From a phage: DNA of 64,000 nt. A model generated the notes under the pieces. The model saw only the letters and a program-made list of their open reading frames with translations, was not told the DNA's origin and did no database searches. The stretch lies in the sequence record MZ956763.1; one strand, written 5' to 3'. Numbering within the stretch: position 1 is the first letter of the stretch; every line of letters starts with the position of its first letter. Positions 40,146 to 59,678 of the stretch are shown one piece after another. The translations under genes were made by a program, and so were the position numbers.

Positions 40146-41492
40146 ATGAGTTCGAATATCTTCAGACTTGCTGATAGATTATTCAACCAACCTTTACTAG
40201 CCACTGAATCATTAGCTCACTCAGCAGCAACTTATGTGAATAACAGATTGCTGGGTGATGTCCAAGCAGCAGTAAACTTTGATAAACCCAAAGGTGAAGC
40301 AAGAAGTCTTTTAAAAGTAAAAGATGACATTGCTATTATCCCTATCATGGGTGGTTTAACCCATCGTATGACATTCATTGATGCAATGTGTACAGGTGGA
40401 TTAAGCTCTTATGAAGGTTTGCGTAGAGGCTTTGACGAAGCTTTAGCAGATGAGTCAATCAAGACTATTGTTCTGCACATTGATTCTGGTGGTGGTGAAG
40501 CTTCAGGTTGCTTTGAATTAGCACGTCACATTATGGCTTCAAGAGGCCAAAAGAAAATTATTGCTTATGTAGATGAGTTCGCTTGTTCCGCTGCATACGC
40601 TCTTGCATCTTCTGCTGAAGAAATTATTGCATCACCAGATGCAGATGTTGGTTCTATTGGTGTAATTATGGTTCATCAGGAATTAACTAAAGCATTTGAA
40701 AAGAATGGCGTAACAATTAACGTCATCAAAGCTGGTGAGTTTAAAGGTATGGGTTCACCATTCCAAGCACTTTCAGAAGAAAGCAAAGAAAGACTTCAAA
40801 AGAGAATTAATGATACCTACGCAACCTTTACAGGTTTTGTAGCCGAATCTCGTAATCTCTCTGAAGAAGCTGTAAAGAATACTGAGGCGAATGTTTATTC
40901 TGCTCAGGAAGCTCTTGAACTTGGTTTAATTAACTCAATCATGTCTCAAGATGATTTCTTAAATTACTTACAAGGTTCTGAAGAGGCTCCTGTAAGTTTA
41001 AACGTTAACAATTCAGGTGAAGAAATGACTGAACAAGAAAAGCAAGAACTAGAAGCTTTGCGTCTTCAGGTTGCTCAAATGAAAGCTAAAGAACAGGAAG
41101 CTGCTTTGTCAGATTTGACTAATAAGATTTCTGCTTCTGCTGAAGCTTTTGGGTTTGATGCAAAAGAAGCTGCAACGGCTATTTTAGGTGCTGGTCTTGA
41201 TAACCCTCTGAGTGTTCTGTTTATGAATGCTATGGAAGGTGCTAACCAGAAACTTAATGAAACTATCGCGTCCCATGCTTCTGCAATGGAAGAAAAAGAA
41301 TCAGAAATTACCAAGCTGAAAGAAACTGCTGGTGCTGTTCTTGAACATTCCAACGCTATGGAAGAAGTGGGTAATGACGGCGAAGCTGATTTGGTTGAAG
41401 AAGAAAAAGAACCAGCTAAGAATGCTTCCGAAGACACCGCTGAACAACGCAAACTGGCTCTCCAGAATGCTCTAAAATCTCTTATCAAATAA
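40146..41492 (+). CDS. prohead protease (S49/ClpP-like) fused to coiled-coil scaffold-like C-terminus
   Basis: IAIIPIMGGL...IVLHIDSGGGEASG...AYVDEFACSAAYALAS pattern of S49 peptidases; C-terminal E/K/A-rich helical region. Confidence 0.7.
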   Translation: MSSNIFRLADRLFNQPLLATESLAHSAATYVNNRLLGDVQAAVNFDKPKGEARSLLKVKDDIAIIPIMGGLTHRMTFIDAMCTGGLSSYEGLRRGFDEALADESIKTIVLHIDSGGGEASGCFELARHIMASRGQKKIIAYVDEFACSAAYALASSAEEIIASPDADVGSIGVIMVHQELTKAFEKNGVTINVIKAGEFKGMGSPFQALSEESKERLQKRINDTYATFTGFVAESRNLSEEAVKNTEANVYSAQEALELGLINSIMSQDDFLNYLQGSEEAPVSLNVNNSGEEMTEQEKQELEALRLQVAQMKAKEQEAALSDLTNKISASAEAFGFDAKEAATAILGAGLDNPLSVLFMNAMEGANQKLNETIASHASAMEEKESEITKLKETAGAVLEHSNAMEEVGNDGEADLVEEEKEPAKNASEDTAEQRKLALQNALKSLIK

Positions 41493-41503
41493 GGAACACA
41501 ATA

Positions 41504-41881
41504 ATGGCATATCAAGGTTTTACTAAGTTAGGTAAAAGAGAACCTCTGAATGATATCATTCTTTGGGAACAGGTTACCCCAACAGGCCACTCTCGTAAAG
41601 AGTATACTCCACAGGCATCTACAGAATATCGTGTAGGTGAAGTTCTGAAAGCTGATGGTACTAAGGTTACAGCAGGGCAAGAAGCTCAGGCTGATTCAGT
41701 ATGTATCGTTAACTTTTATGCAGACCTGCAACTGTCTTACCACGGTCAGTTGAAAGTTGTTGGTATTTACCGTGACGCAGAACTAAAAGACCTGCTTACT
41801 CTTGAATCAGGTGTTGATGCTGCCGCAGTCAAGACAGCTCTGGCTGCTAAAGGTATTGATTTCGTACCAACTGGCCTGTAA
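41504..41881 (+). CDS. hypothetical head protein (possible decoration protein)
   Basis: 125 aa between protease and capsid genes; position only. Confidence 0.35.
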   Translation: MAYQGFTKLGKREPLNDIILWEQVTPTGHSRKEYTPQASTEYRVGEVLKADGTKVTAGQEAQADSVCIVNFYADLQLSYHGQLKVVGIYRDAELKDLLTLESGVDAAAVKTALAAKGIDFVPTGL

Positions 41882-41914
41882 TAACAATAATAAGACATTC
41901 TGGAGAATTTTATA

Positions 41915-43021
41915 ATGTTGACTAATTCTGAAAAAAGCAGATTTTTCCTTGCTGACCTGACTGGTGAAGTCCAGTCTATCCCAAATACTTATGGGTATAT
42001 TTCCAACTTAGGTCTGTTCCGTTCAGCACCAATCACCCAAACTACTTTCCTTATGGACTTGACTGATTGGGACGTTAGCTTGCTTGATGCGGTAGACCGT
42101 GATAGCCGTAAAGCAGAGACTAGCGCACCTGAGCGTGTTCGTCAAATCAGCTTCCCAATGATGTATTTCAAAGAAGTTGAAAGCATCACTCCTGATGAAA
42201 TTCAGGGTGTACGTCAGCCAGGCACTGCAAACGAACTGACTACTGAAGCCGTAGTACGTGCTAAGAAGCTGATGAAGATTCGTACCAAGTTCGATATTAC
42301 TCGTGAGTTCCTGTTCATGCAAGCTCTGAAGGGTAAAGTTGTTGATGCTCGTGGTACTCTGTATGCTGACCTGTACAAGCAGTTCGACGTTGAGAAGAAG
42401 ACTATTTACTTCGACCTTGACAACCCTAATGCTGACATCGACGCTTCTATTGAAGAACTGCGTATGCACATGGAAGACGAAGCTAAGACTGGCACTGTAA
42501 TCAACGGTGAAGAAATTCACGTAGTTGTTGACCGTGTATTCTTCAGCAAACTGACTAAGCATCCTAAGATTCGTGACGCTTATCTTGCACAGCAGACTCC
42601 ACTGGCTTGGCAGCAGATTACTGGTTCTCTGAGAACTGGTGGTACTGACGGCGTTCAGGCTCATATGAACACTTTCTACTACGGTGGTGTTAAGTTTGTC
42701 CAGTACAACGGTAAGTTCAAAGACAAGCGTGGTAAGGTTCACACTCTGGTGAGCATTGATAGTGTAGCAGACACTGTTGGTGTTGGTCATGCTTTCCCTA
42801 ACGTATCTATGCTTGGTGAAGCTAACAACATCTTCGAAGTTGCATATGGTCCATGTCCTAAGATGGGTTACGCAAATACACTTGGTCAGGAACTGTACGT
42901 ATTCGAATACGAAAAAGACCGTGACGAAGGTATTGACTTCGAAGCTCACTCTTACATGCTGCCATACTGCACCCGTCCTCAGTTGCTGGTAGATGTTCGC
43001 GCTGACGCTCAAGGTGGCTAA
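41915..43021 (+). CDS. major capsid protein (by position)
   Basis: 368 aa after protease/scaffold; strong RBS; opposite-strand 329-aa ORF is a shadow. Confidence 0.6.
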   Translation: MLTNSEKSRFFLADLTGEVQSIPNTYGYISNLGLFRSAPITQTTFLMDLTDWDVSLLDAVDRDSRKAETSAPERVRQISFPMMYFKEVESITPDEIQGVRQPGTANELTTEAVVRAKKLMKIRTKFDITREFLFMQALKGKVVDARGTLYADLYKQFDVEKKTIYFDLDNPNADIDASIEELRMHMEDEAKTGTVINGEEIHVVVDRVFFSKLTKHPKIRDAYLAQQTPLAWQQITGSLRTGGTDGVQAHMNTFYYGGVKFVQYNGKFKDKRGKVHTLVSIDSVADTVGVGHAFPNVSMLGEANNIFEVAYGPCPKMGYANTLGQELYVFEYEKDRDEGIDFEAHSYMLPYCTRPQLLVDVRADAQGG

Positions 43022-43041
43022 TAAACTTAGGAGGGTTATGA

Positions 43042-43491
43042 ATGTGTTATACAGGCGACCCAGCCAATAACCCTCTTGATAGAGTAAGAATCCTCTGCAC
43101 AGACACTAATAATGATGAAATTCTTATTGAGCAGTCTGTGCTAGAGTGGTTCTATCTAGAATCTGGAAAGGATGAAAAGAAAGCAGCCATCAAAGCTCTT
43201 AAATATTTACTCTTTCAAGTAGCCAAGATGGGAGATGAGAAGGTTGGTGGTGTTTATTTACGTAACTCTTCCAGATTCAAATCTCTGAAAGCTGTTTATG
43301 ACGACCTTGTTAAAAGCTCTGTTTCAGGACTACCCTATGCAGGTGGTATTAATCAGTGCGATATTGACATGCGTCGTCAAAATCCTTGCTCTGTCAAGAA
43401 ATACACAGAATATGGTGATGCTGCCAGATACGAAGGTAGAGATTACTGCAACCGTGTTAATGGCGTATTTATTATCGAGCGAGATGAATAA
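43042..43491 (+). CDS. hypothetical head/neck protein
   Basis: ORF 149 aa. Confidence 0.45.
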   Translation: MCYTGDPANNPLDRVRILCTDTNNDEILIEQSVLEWFYLESGKDEKKAAIKALKYLLFQVAKMGDEKVGGVYLRNSSRFKSLKAVYDDLVKSSVSGLPYAGGINQCDIDMRRQNPCSVKKYTEYGDAARYEGRDYCNRVNGVFIIERDE

Positions 43492-43973
43492 TGGTTAAAA
43501 GGGTTATTCACCCCGCTAGAGCAAAATTAGTCGGGGCTATGAAGAACTTGCAAACGGCTAATGCTCAAGTTGGGTATTTTCAAGAACAAGGTCAACATAG
43601 CTCTGGTTTTTCTTATCCTGCTTTAATGTATTTACAAGAAGTTATTGGGGTTCCTTCAGCTTCTGGTAAAGTATATCGTAGGTTGTTTGAAATCACGATG
43701 ATGCTAAACAAACAGGCCTTGTTAGAGCAGACTAAGAAGAATCTATATAAGCAACTTAGCAGTCTCAACACAGACCCTTCAGATACCTTAGAAGCATTTG
43801 CAAAGAATGCTCAAAAGGCAATTAAAAGAGGTTTTGGTAATTCTGCTATCCTCCCTCCTAACGCACCTTCCACAGTCAAGAAAAAAGGCTTTAACGCACC
43901 TCTTGTTGAGACAGGTGACTTAAGAGATAACCTTGCTTATAAAATTTCTACTAAGAAGGGTATTAAGAAATGA
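43491..43973 (+). CDS. hypothetical head/neck protein
   Basis: ORF 160 aa. Confidence 0.45.
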   Translation: MVKRVIHPARAKLVGAMKNLQTANAQVGYFQEQGQHSSGFSYPALMYLQEVIGVPSASGKVYRRLFEITMMLNKQALLEQTKKNLYKQLSSLNTDPSDTLEAFAKNAQKAIKRGFGNSAILPPNAPSTVKKKGFNAPLVETGDLRDNLAYKISTKKGIKK

Positions 43974-44371
43974 GACTCTTAAACAGACACAGCTTTGTAG
44001 TAAAGCGTAAAGTCTCTGAAGACGGTTATTATAATGATGATGGTGATTGGGTAGCTTCACAAGATATTGTAGAGGTTAACTGCAAAGGTAATATCCAGCC
44101 ATATATCAAAGGTTCTGTAAAGAATGGTACACAGATTGCTTTACCGGAAGGTATCAGGCTTACCGATACAAGAATCCTGTATACCACATATAAACTTAGA
44201 ACTTCAGATGATGTAGAGTGGAATGAGTCTGATATTGTTATGATTGATGGTCATGAGTATGAAGTATTTATGACTATGGATTGGTCACAGCAATTAGCCC
44301 ATACATCCCATTATGAATATATCATTATTAGAAGGGATAAAATGAATGCAGTTAGAAACAGCAGAACTTGA
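43970..44371 (+). CDS. hypothetical head/neck protein
   Basis: ORF 133 aa, overlapping stop/start. Confidence 0.45.
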   Translation: MRLLNRHSFVVKRKVSEDGYYNDDGDWVASQDIVEVNCKGNIQPYIKGSVKNGTQIALPEGIRLTDTRILYTTYKLRTSDDVEWNESDIVMIDGHEYEVFMTMDWSQQLAHTSHYEYIIIRRDKMNAVRNSRT

Positions 44372-44945
44372 AAAAGGTCTAGTTAGAACCTTAGTGGATG
44401 TTATTGGTCACAGATTAGCTCGTGATAAAAATAATAGACCAAACGTAATTAGAGCTTACCCTTCTGATAACTCAAATGACAAAGGTTTAAAACCTGACCA
44501 GCCATTTATCACCGTATATTGTCAAGATGCTGCAACACCTTATGGTTGGGTTCTTGATAAGTTTGTTGAGGATGATGTAGTTTGCTACAGAATTGCTTTT
44601 CAGATTCCTGTATTGATTACGGTAAATGGTAAAGGTGCTCACAGTATTATGCTTGAGCTTAAACAACGATTAGAGATGAGTTCAGTCAGAGATTTAATCC
44701 TTGAAGAAACAGGAGCTACAGTACTAGACACTGGAGCTATCCCGAATGACTATACTTATCTCAATACAGATTTCGAAAATTCTGCACCTCTTGTTGTAAC
44801 TCTTGTAAAAAACTCAGTCCTGAAGGATGAACGTGGAAGTATTATTGAGCGTGTCATTGTTGATGGTGAGTTGGTTTATGAAGAAGGACAAGAGCCACCA
44901 GAATATACTATCCATCTAGATGTAGACTCCAAAGGGGTAAAATAA
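44346..44945 (+). CDS. hypothetical neck/tail protein
   Basis: ORF 199 aa. Confidence 0.45.
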   Translation: MQLETAELEKGLVRTLVDVIGHRLARDKNNRPNVIRAYPSDNSNDKGLKPDQPFITVYCQDAATPYGWVLDKFVEDDVVCYRIAFQIPVLITVNGKGAHSIMLELKQRLEMSSVRDLILEETGATVLDTGAIPNDYTYLNTDFENSAPLVVTLVKNSVLKDERGSIIERVIVDGELVYEEGQEPPEYTIHLDVDSKGVK

Positions 44946-46298
44946 ATGTGGAATCCAATTGTTAATGTAGATATTACATTGAACACCGCAGGAACTACAA
45001 GAGAAGGTTTTGGTTTGCCACTATTCTTAGCTTCAACAGATAATTTTGAAGAAAGAGTGCGTGGTTACACTTCCTTAACTGAAGTTGCTGAAGATTTCGA
45101 TGAGAATACTGCTGCATATAAGGCTGCTAAACAACTTTGGAGTCAGACTCCTAAAGTAACTCAGCTTTATATTGGTAGACGTGCTATGCAGTACACTGTA
45201 TCAATTCCTAATGCCGTTGCTGAAAGTACAGACTACTCAATTACTGTAGCTGTTGGTGGTGGAATCTCTCAACCATTCCAGTATACAGCACAAGATTCAG
45301 ACACTGCTGAGGTAGTGTTGCAACAGTTTAAAACACAGATTGAAGCTGACCCAACAATCAAAGATAAGGTTTCTGTGAACGTAACTGGTAGTGCTGGTTC
45401 TGCCACAATGATTATTACCAAAGCTGGTGATAATGACTTTGTGAAAGTAACAACCACAGCGCAGACCGTATATATTGCAAGTACAACTGCCGATACAGCA
45501 GCAACTGCTCTGGCAGCTATCGAAGCTTATTCTACCGACTGGTATTTCATTGCAGCAGAAGACAGAACTCAACAGTTTGTCTTAGCAATGGCTTCTGAGA
45601 TTCAGGCTCGCAAGAAAATCTTCTTTACAGCTAACTCCGATGTAACAGCCCTGCAAGGTACAGAATTAGCTAGTGCAAATGATGTTCCAGCACAGCTTGC
45701 TAAGAATATGTACACTCGTACAGTTTGCTTGTGGCATCACGCAGCAGCAGAAGATTACCCAGAGATGGCATACATTGCTTATGGTGCCCCATATGATGCA
45801 GGTTCAATTGCTTGGGGTAATGCTCAGCTAACTGGTGTAGCAGCTTCTCTACAACCATCTAATCAGAGACCTCTGACAAGTATTCAGAAGTCTGCTTTAG
45901 ATGTACGTCACTGTAACTTTATCGACCTTGATGGTGGTGTTCCAGTGGTTCGTAGAGGGATTACTTCTGGTGGGGAATGGATTGATATCGTCCGTGGTGT
46001 TGACTGGTTAGAATCAGACCTGAAAACTTCTCTAAGAGACTTGCTAATTAACCAGAAGGGTGGTAAGATTACTTATGATGATACTGGTATTACCCGTATT
46101 CGTCAAGTCATTGAAACCTCTCTGCAAAGAGCAGTCAACAGAAACTTCCTGTCATCTTACACAGTTAATGTTCCTAAAGCCTCTCAAGTTGCTTTGGCAG
46201 ACAAGAAAGCACGTATCCTGAAAGACGTTACCTTCGCAGGTATCTTAGCAGGGGCTATCTTGGATGTTGACTTGAAAGGTACAGTGGCTTACGAATAA
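44946..46298 (+). CDS. tail sheath protein (by position and size)
   Basis: 450 aa immediately before small tube-sized gene and strong terminator. Confidence 0.5.
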   Translation: MWNPIVNVDITLNTAGTTREGFGLPLFLASTDNFEERVRGYTSLTEVAEDFDENTAAYKAAKQLWSQTPKVTQLYIGRRAMQYTVSIPNAVAESTDYSITVAVGGGISQPFQYTAQDSDTAEVVLQQFKTQIEADPTIKDKVSVNVTGSAGSATMIITKAGDNDFVKVTTTAQTVYIASTTADTAATALAAIEAYSTDWYFIAAEDRTQQFVLAMASEIQARKKIFFTANSDVTALQGTELASANDVPAQLAKNMYTRTVCLWHHAAAEDYPEMAYIAYGAPYDAGSIAWGNAQLTGVAASLQPSNQRPLTSIQKSALDVRHCNFIDLDGGVPVVRRGITSGGEWIDIVRGVDWLESDLKTSLRDLLINQKGGKITYDDTGITRIRQVIETSLQRAVNRNFLSSYTVNVPKASQVALADKKARILKDVTFAGILAGAILDVDLKGTVAYE

Positions 46299-46313
46299 TA
46301 GAGGTAAATTGGA

Positions 46314-46760
46314 ATGGCTATGTATCAGCAATATTCCCCTAAAGACGTTGTATGTAGCTGGAACGGCATTGCTATTGAAGGCTTTGCTCCAGACTCATTC
46401 TTGCGTCTACAGAGAACATCACCACTTGTGACACCAGTTGTTGGTGCAGGTGGTCAGGTTGCTCTGACAAGAAATGCAGATAAGACAGGTACTATTGAGA
46501 TTGAGCTAATGCAGACTTCTCTCTCTAACCAGATGCTTTCTGCAATTCAAGCTAAACAAGACAATATGGAACTTGAAGAAGATATCTCTTCTAACTTCGT
46601 AATCTACGACCCATCAGGCTCTGTTCTGGCAACTGGTATTAATGCTTGGTTGCAGGAATTGCCACAGATTGAACTTGGTCGTGACCAGAACTCTAAAACT
46701 TGGATTTTTGGTTGTGAGAAGCTAGACTACACTTCTACAATTCCAGCGTCAAGTGTTTAA
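46314..46760 (+). CDS. tail tube protein (by position)
   Basis: 148 aa after sheath candidate; followed by terminator. Confidence 0.45.
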   Translation: MAMYQQYSPKDVVCSWNGIAIEGFAPDSFLRLQRTSPLVTPVVGAGGQVALTRNADKTGTIEIELMQTSLSNQMLSAIQAKQDNMELEEDISSNFVIYDPSGSVLATGINAWLQELPQIELGRDQNSKTWIFGCEKLDYTSTIPASSV

Positions 46761-46772
46761 TAAATCCTATAA

Positions 46773-46805
46773 GGGGGAGACTTTAAAAGGTCTTCCCCTT
46801 TTTTG
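46773..46805 (+). terminator. intrinsic terminator
   Basis: GGGGGAGAC-TTTAAAA-GGTCTTCCCC + TTTTTT. Confidence 0.65.
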
Positions 46806-46833
46806 TTTCTTTTAAAAGTATTAAGGAATCACA

Positions 46834-47232
46834 ATGAAAACAGAATCTAGAGTAATTAATGGTAAGAAAGTAAATATCATTCTGCTTGGGGCAAGAGACG
46901 GTATTAAGATGTCTATGAAGTTGGGTAAAATTGTTGTTCCAACATTTGCACAGATGCTATCAAGTCTTACGGATAAAGATAAGAAAGAAGCTCCAAGGGT
47001 TCCATTTAAAGAACTTGTTGAAGCTTGTTTTGACAGAATTGAAGAAATTAACCTAGAAGAAATGGCTACCCTGCTATTTCAAGGGGCAACTGTTGATGAC
47101 TTCCCACTCAATATTGATACATACTTCCAAGCAAACTACGGGGAATTTATTGATTACTTAGCATTTGCGCTGGAGGCAAACTTCGGAAGTTTTTTCGAAG
47201 CAAGCATTTTCAAAAGCCTAACTTCTCAGTAA
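46834..47232 (+). CDS. tail assembly chaperone candidate
   Basis: 132 aa directly upstream of tape measure. Confidence 0.4.
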   Translation: MKTESRVINGKKVNIILLGARDGIKMSMKLGKIVVPTFAQMLSSLTDKDKKEAPRVPFKELVEACFDRIEEINLEEMATLLFQGATVDDFPLNIDTYFQANYGEFIDYLAFALEANFGSFFEASIFKSLTSQ

Positions 47233-47234
47233 AC

Positions 47235-47473
47235 ATGGGTAACACTCTACAGACACCACTGACTGATGCTGCTGTAGAGGCAACCTATGAAGAAGCAGAC
47301 GAGATGAAATTTGTGCTTGCTATTTATGGTATGGAAGGGTGTAAAGAAACACTTGACCAACTCTTTGCTATGACATTCTCTGATTTATTATCATTGAGAC
47401 AATTTCTTGAAATTCAGAGGTCGTATAAAGAGGAAATTGCTTACAACGAACTTAGAAGAGCAGGAAAAATGTA

Positions 47474-47474
<1 letters not shown>
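47235..47474 (+). CDS. tail assembly chaperone candidate
   Basis: 79 aa directly upstream of tape measure. Confidence 0.35.
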
Positions 47475-55472
<7,998 letters not shown>

Positions 55473-55474
55473 TA

Positions 55475-56623
55475 ATGGCAGTAGGTGAAATTCAAATTAG
55501 TGCCTTGCCTCAAGCAGCCTTACCAATTGACCTTAGTGATATCTTCCATCTTAAGCAGGGTATTGAGGATAAGAGATGTACTCTTGAGCAATTACTTGCT
55601 CCACACTCAAGCCTAAGAAATAACCCTCATGGTGTTACTAAAACACAAATTGGTTTAGATAATGTTATTAATGCTCTTCAGTTAGTTGCTGCAAATAACT
55701 TATCAGATATTGTTAATGTAGCTGAGGCAAGAGCAAATCTACAGATTATGTCTTCAGAAGAGGTCAATAGCCTTATTCAACAGCATATTAATGACAAGAG
55801 CAACCCACACAATACAACTAAGGCACAGGTTGGTTTAAGTAATGTTCAGAACTGGACAACATCTAATCTGTATAACGAAGATGCAGATAAGTATGCTACA
55901 GCAAGAGCAGTAAATAACTTGTACAAGGCTGTTCAGGCTTCTTATCCAGTAGGTACTATCCATCTTTCTATGAATCCTGAAAACCCTTCTACATATTTAA
56001 TTTGTGGAGGTACTTGGGAGTTAGTTTCAAAAGGTAGAGCACTTGTAGGTTATGATAGTGCTTCTAGACCAGTTGGTTCAACGTTTGGTTCACAAACTAC
56101 TGCACTGACAGTTAACAACATTCCTGCACATACCCACTCAGTGTACGTCACTGGTGGTGGTCATACTCATGGTGCAACGGCCTCTATCAGTGCTTTTGAC
56201 TATGGCACTAAAGGGACTACAACGTTTGACTATGGAACCAAGACTGTATCTACTTATGACTATGGCAACAGAACAACAAGTGCTGCTGGCTTAACACAAA
56301 CAACATTCATTAACCGTGGCTATGCTGATGGTGGCTGGAGAGGTTTATCGGTTGAGGGGGCAAGCTATGACCCAAGAGCTACGCTGACAACAGCTAACAA
56401 CCACACTCACTCTGTAGCAATTGGTGCGCATAATCATACGGTTGGTATTGGTGCTCACAGCCATACTGTTGCAATTGGTTCTCACAACCACTCAGCAACA
56501 GTAACAGTAACCGGAGCAGGTGAGCATTCTCACTCTGGCACAACTGGTACAACTGGTTCTGGTCAAGCATTTAGTGTTGAACAACCATCTTTCGTATTGT
56601 ATGTATGGCAGAGAACAGCTTAA
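55475..56623 (+). CDS. tail fibre protein with C-terminal His-x-His repeats
   Basis: [41 protein letters not shown] repeats; Gly/Thr-rich. Confidence 0.55.
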   Translation: MAVGEIQISALPQAALPIDLSDIFHLKQGIEDKRCTLEQLLAPHSSLRNNPHGVTKTQIGLDNVINALQLVAANNLSDIVNVAEARANLQIMSSEEVNSLIQQHINDKSNPHNTTKAQVGLSNVQNWTTSNLYNEDADKYATARAVNNLYKAVQASYPVGTIHLSMNPENPSTYLICGGTWELVSKGRALVGYDSASRPVGSTFGSQTTALTVNNIPAHTHSVYVTGGGHTHGATASISAFDYGTKGTTTFDYGTKTVSTYDYGNRTTSAAGLTQTTFINRGYADGGWRGLSVEGASYDPRATLTTANNHTHSVAIGAHNHTVGIGAHSHTVAIGSHNHSATVTVTGAGEHSHSGTTGTTGSGQAFSVEQPSFVLYVWQRTA

Positions 56624-56632
56624 TTTCTTTAC

Positions 56633-56653
56633 AGGGGCTATAAAGCCCCTTTT
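56633..56653 (+). terminator. intrinsic terminator
   Basis: AGGGGCT-ATAA-AGCCCCT + TTTT. Confidence 0.55.
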
Positions 56654-56669
56654 AAGAGGAAAATTTATA

Positions 56670-59033
56670 ATGGCAGATTACAAGTTGAGTGAATTAAACT
56701 CAATCGACACAATCCGTTCAGACGACCTTCTTCATGTCAGGGTTAAAAAGAGACCTGAAATGTTAGGTGATGAAGACCGTCGAATGACCTATCAAGACTT
56801 CTTAGCGTCTTTTAAACTTGAGAGATTTGTTCAGATTGCTGGCAGCACTATGACTGGTGACTTAGGTATTGTTAAGTTACTTCACGGTGGTAAGACAGTC
56901 TTTGACCCAACAGGTTCTTCTGAGATTAATATTGGGGATGTTTTAAAGGCTTTTAAAATCAACGCAAATGGTCTTAAACTGACTATTGCAGATGCTTCAA
57001 GGTCTGCAACCGTTTACCATACTCTGAATAAGCCAAGTCCTAATGAACTTGGGATGAGAACTGATGAAGAGAATGATGCAAGATATGCAAGATTAGCTGT
57101 AAATAACACCTTTAGGGTCACTCAGACTATTGTTGCTGACAATGTAGGGTTAACTCTTAAGAATTTGACACAAAATCAACCTTTGTATATCCGTGGCATG
57201 GACACTGCGAATGTACCTAGGTGGTGGTTAGGTGTAGGTGGCGTAGGCTCTACTGATGTAGCCTTAAACAACAGCTTCTCTGGGACACAAATTATCCTTT
57301 CGAGGTCAGTGATTACGGCTAACAAGAATCTCCAAATCACTGGTCAAGTTCAACCTTCAGATTTCTCTAACTTAGATGCTAGGTACTTCACTCAGACAGC
57401 AGCTAATCAGAGATTTGCACAGTTAACTGGTGATAACACATTCAGTGGTGTGAACACATTTAACCAAACTTTATCAATTCTGGCGAATAGTGGAGCCTTA
57501 AGGTTAAAAAATACTGTAGCAGATTCTGCGCTATACATTAAAGCTGAAGCTAATAATGGCTCTGGTAAGTGGTATGTAGGTAATGGTGATAGCACGCCAT
57601 CTGTATTAATCCACAACTATGTGTATGGCTCTAGTCTTAGACTTGATAATGGTTATATTGAAGTTAACAAGCAACTTAAAGTTGTTGGTCAAGTTCAACC
57701 TTCAGATTGGACTAACATCGACTCTAGATACATTCCAGCAGCTACTTTGAGCAATCTTGCTAAGCTAAGTGATGTAAACACTTTCAGGTCTGCGCAAGTT
57801 ATCAACCAGAATGGCTCACTGTTACGGCTAAAGAACACCACACAAGATAATGAGCTATACATTGCTGGTCATAATGCTGATAATGCGAGAAGATGGTACA
57901 TTGGTAGCGGGGAAAGAGACAACCCAACAAGACTTATTATCCACAACGACAGAACTTTAACTACGATTTATATGCAAGATGATTTCTTGCTGAATAAAAC
58001 TGTTAAAATTACTGGTCAAGTTCAACCATCTGATTGGTCTAACTTAGATGCTAGATACTTCACTCAGGCAGCAGCTAATCAGAGATTTATGTATGCAGGT
58101 TCTACAGGAGAAGCTACAGAGCAGAATGCAGATGGTGTGGCATGGAACGCTAAAACAGGCTTATATAATGTAACCTCAACAAATGCTGATTACACAGCAC
58201 TTGTGTTTCAAATGTATCAGGGACAGGGAGTGTCCTCTTCTACTGCCTGTGCGCAATTAAAGTTCCAGTATAAGAACGGTGGGATGTGGTACAGAACATC
58301 TGTAGATAGTAAAGGCTTTGAAGCTAAGTGGTCTAAGATTTACACAGAAGCACAGAAGCCAACACCTTCAGAGCTTGGTGCATACACTAAAACAGAAACT
58401 GACCAGAAGATTGCACAGGCAGTAAGTGACTCTACAGACCTTAATAAAATCTATCCAGTGGGTATTGTGACATGGTTTAACAGTAATGTTGACCCTAATA
58501 CAGCACTGCCTGGTCTAACTTGGACGTACCTCAATAATGGTGTTGGTAGAACTATCAGAATTGCAGCAGCAAACGGTTCAGATGTTGCTACAACTGGTGG
58601 TTCAGACTCTGTGACGTTAGCTGTTGGGAACTTACCTTCACACACTCACAGTTTTTCTGCTACCACTTCATCTTTTGATTACGGTACAAAAAACACTAAC
58701 ACGACTGGTGCTCACACTCACTCTGTAAGTGGCTCTACTTCATCTGCTGGTAACCACAACCACTCTATTTCGTGGATTGGTCAGAACTCACAGCACTATT
58801 CTGGTGGTGGTGGTGCATACGTTGGTTCAGGGCCGGGTTACACTGATGCTAACGGTGCTCACACCCACTCTGTAAGTGGTACTGCTGCTTCTGCTGGTAA
58901 CCACGCTCACTCAGTTGGTATTGGTGCTCACAGCCACACAGTAAGTGGTAACACTGGTGGTACAGGTTCTGGTTCAGCATTTAGTGTTACTAACCAGTTC
59001 TACAAGCTAATGGCTTGGGTGAGAACTGCTTAA
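56670..59033 (+). CDS. long tail fibre protein with internal repeats and C-terminal His-x-His repeats
   Basis: start at ATG 56670 (MADYKLSEL); triple repeat ITGQVQPSD(F/W)(S/T)N(L/I)D(A/S)RY; C-terminal [34 protein letters not shown]. Confidence 0.6.
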   Translation: MADYKLSELNSIDTIRSDDLLHVRVKKRPEMLGDEDRRMTYQDFLASFKLERFVQIAGSTMTGDLGIVKLLHGGKTVFDPTGSSEINIGDVLKAFKINANGLKLTIADASRSATVYHTLNKPSPNELGMRTDEENDARYARLAVNNTFRVTQTIVADNVGLTLKNLTQNQPLYIRGMDTANVPRWWLGVGGVGSTDVALNNSFSGTQIILSRSVITANKNLQITGQVQPSDFSNLDARYFTQTAANQRFAQLTGDNTFSGVNTFNQTLSILANSGALRLKNTVADSALYIKAEANNGSGKWYVGNGDSTPSVLIHNYVYGSSLRLDNGYIEVNKQLKVVGQVQPSDWTNIDSRYIPAATLSNLAKLSDVNTFRSAQVINQNGSLLRLKNTTQDNELYIAGHNADNARRWYIGSGERDNPTRLIIHNDRTLTTIYMQDDFLLNKTVKITGQVQPSDWSNLDARYFTQAAANQRFMYAGSTGEATEQNADGVAWNAKTGLYNVTSTNADYTALVFQMYQGQGVSSSTACAQLKFQYKNGGMWYRTSVDSKGFEAKWSKIYTEAQKPTPSELGAYTKTETDQKIAQAVSDSTDLNKIYPVGIVTWFNSNVDPNTALPGLTWTYLNNGVGRTIRIAAANGSDVATTGGSDSVTLAVGNLPSHTHSFSATTSSFDYGTKNTNTTGAHTHSVSGSTSSAGNHNHSISWIGQNSQHYSGGGGAYVGSGPGYTDANGAHTHSVSGTAASAGNHAHSVGIGAHSHTVSGNTGGTGSGSAFSVTNQFYKLMAWVRTA

Positions 59034-59112
59034 TCCCTTGTTGACTGATTGTTAAGATGGTGTTAATATTCTTTATGGGTATTCTCACCATCTTGGCTGA
59101 TGAGGTGATTAA

Positions 59113-59310
59113 ATGCCTACAATCCTAGCAATTCTTCTAAAAAATCTAGGTAGCTTCTTCTGGAAACTCGTTTTATCCCTTCTAAGTGAATACATGATTG
59201 AGAAAGTGTTCTTTAGGCTTGCAAGATATCTTGCGAGTAAGACAGACACACCTATTGATGATGAGTTCGTAGATAACTTAGAAAAAGCTTTTAAGGGGGA
59301 GAATAAATGA
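59113..59310 (+). CDS. small membrane protein (holin-like candidate)
   Basis: 65 aa, hydrophobic N-terminal half. Confidence 0.35.
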   Translation: MPTILAILLKNLGSFFWKLVLSLLSEYMIEKVFFRLARYLASKTDTPIDDEFVDNLEKAFKGENK

Positions 59311-59678
59311 AGTGGCTAGAGGAAGCTTTTAAAAATAATATTGGTGCAATTGTAGTTGGTATTTTTAGTGTTATTGGGATGTATACCACCATGCAAGTTT
59401 CGGATGGTAAGCAAGAAGTGTCTATCACAACAAAGTTACAGCAGTTAGATAATTATTCCAAAAGTAATTATTCAGCTATTCGTGATTTACAGTCTGATAT
59501 GAGGCTGCTTCAGCTAGGGATGGAGAACCAGAAAGTCCAGTTAGAGAATGTTAAGGGAGAGAACGCAAAACTTACTAAGACTCTTGATAAATTCTCTGAT
59601 AGTGTGAACAATCTGGCTCAATCAGTATCAGCCCTCCAAGCTATTACTGAAAAGAACACAAAGAATACTGAAAAGTAA
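59307..59678 (+). CDS. membrane-anchored coiled-coil protein
   Basis: 123 aa, N-terminal TM helix (IGAIVVGIFSVIGMY) then helical Q/L/N-rich region. Confidence 0.4.
   Translation: MKWLEEAFKNNIGAIVVGIFSVIGMYTTMQVSDGKQEVSITTKLQQLDNYSKSNYSAIRDLQSDMRLLQLGMENQKVQLENVKGENAKLTKTLDKFSDSVNNLAQSVSALQAITEKNTKNTEK

Noticed and set aside
41075-41515. 146-aa minus-strand ORF
   Set aside because: Antisense to the protease/scaffold gene's Ala/Glu-rich region; compositional artefact.
42023-43012. 329-aa ORF on the minus strand
   Set aside because: Lies entirely inside the plus-strand major capsid gene in a structural operon transcribed rightward; low-complexity translation, no RBS; shadow ORF.
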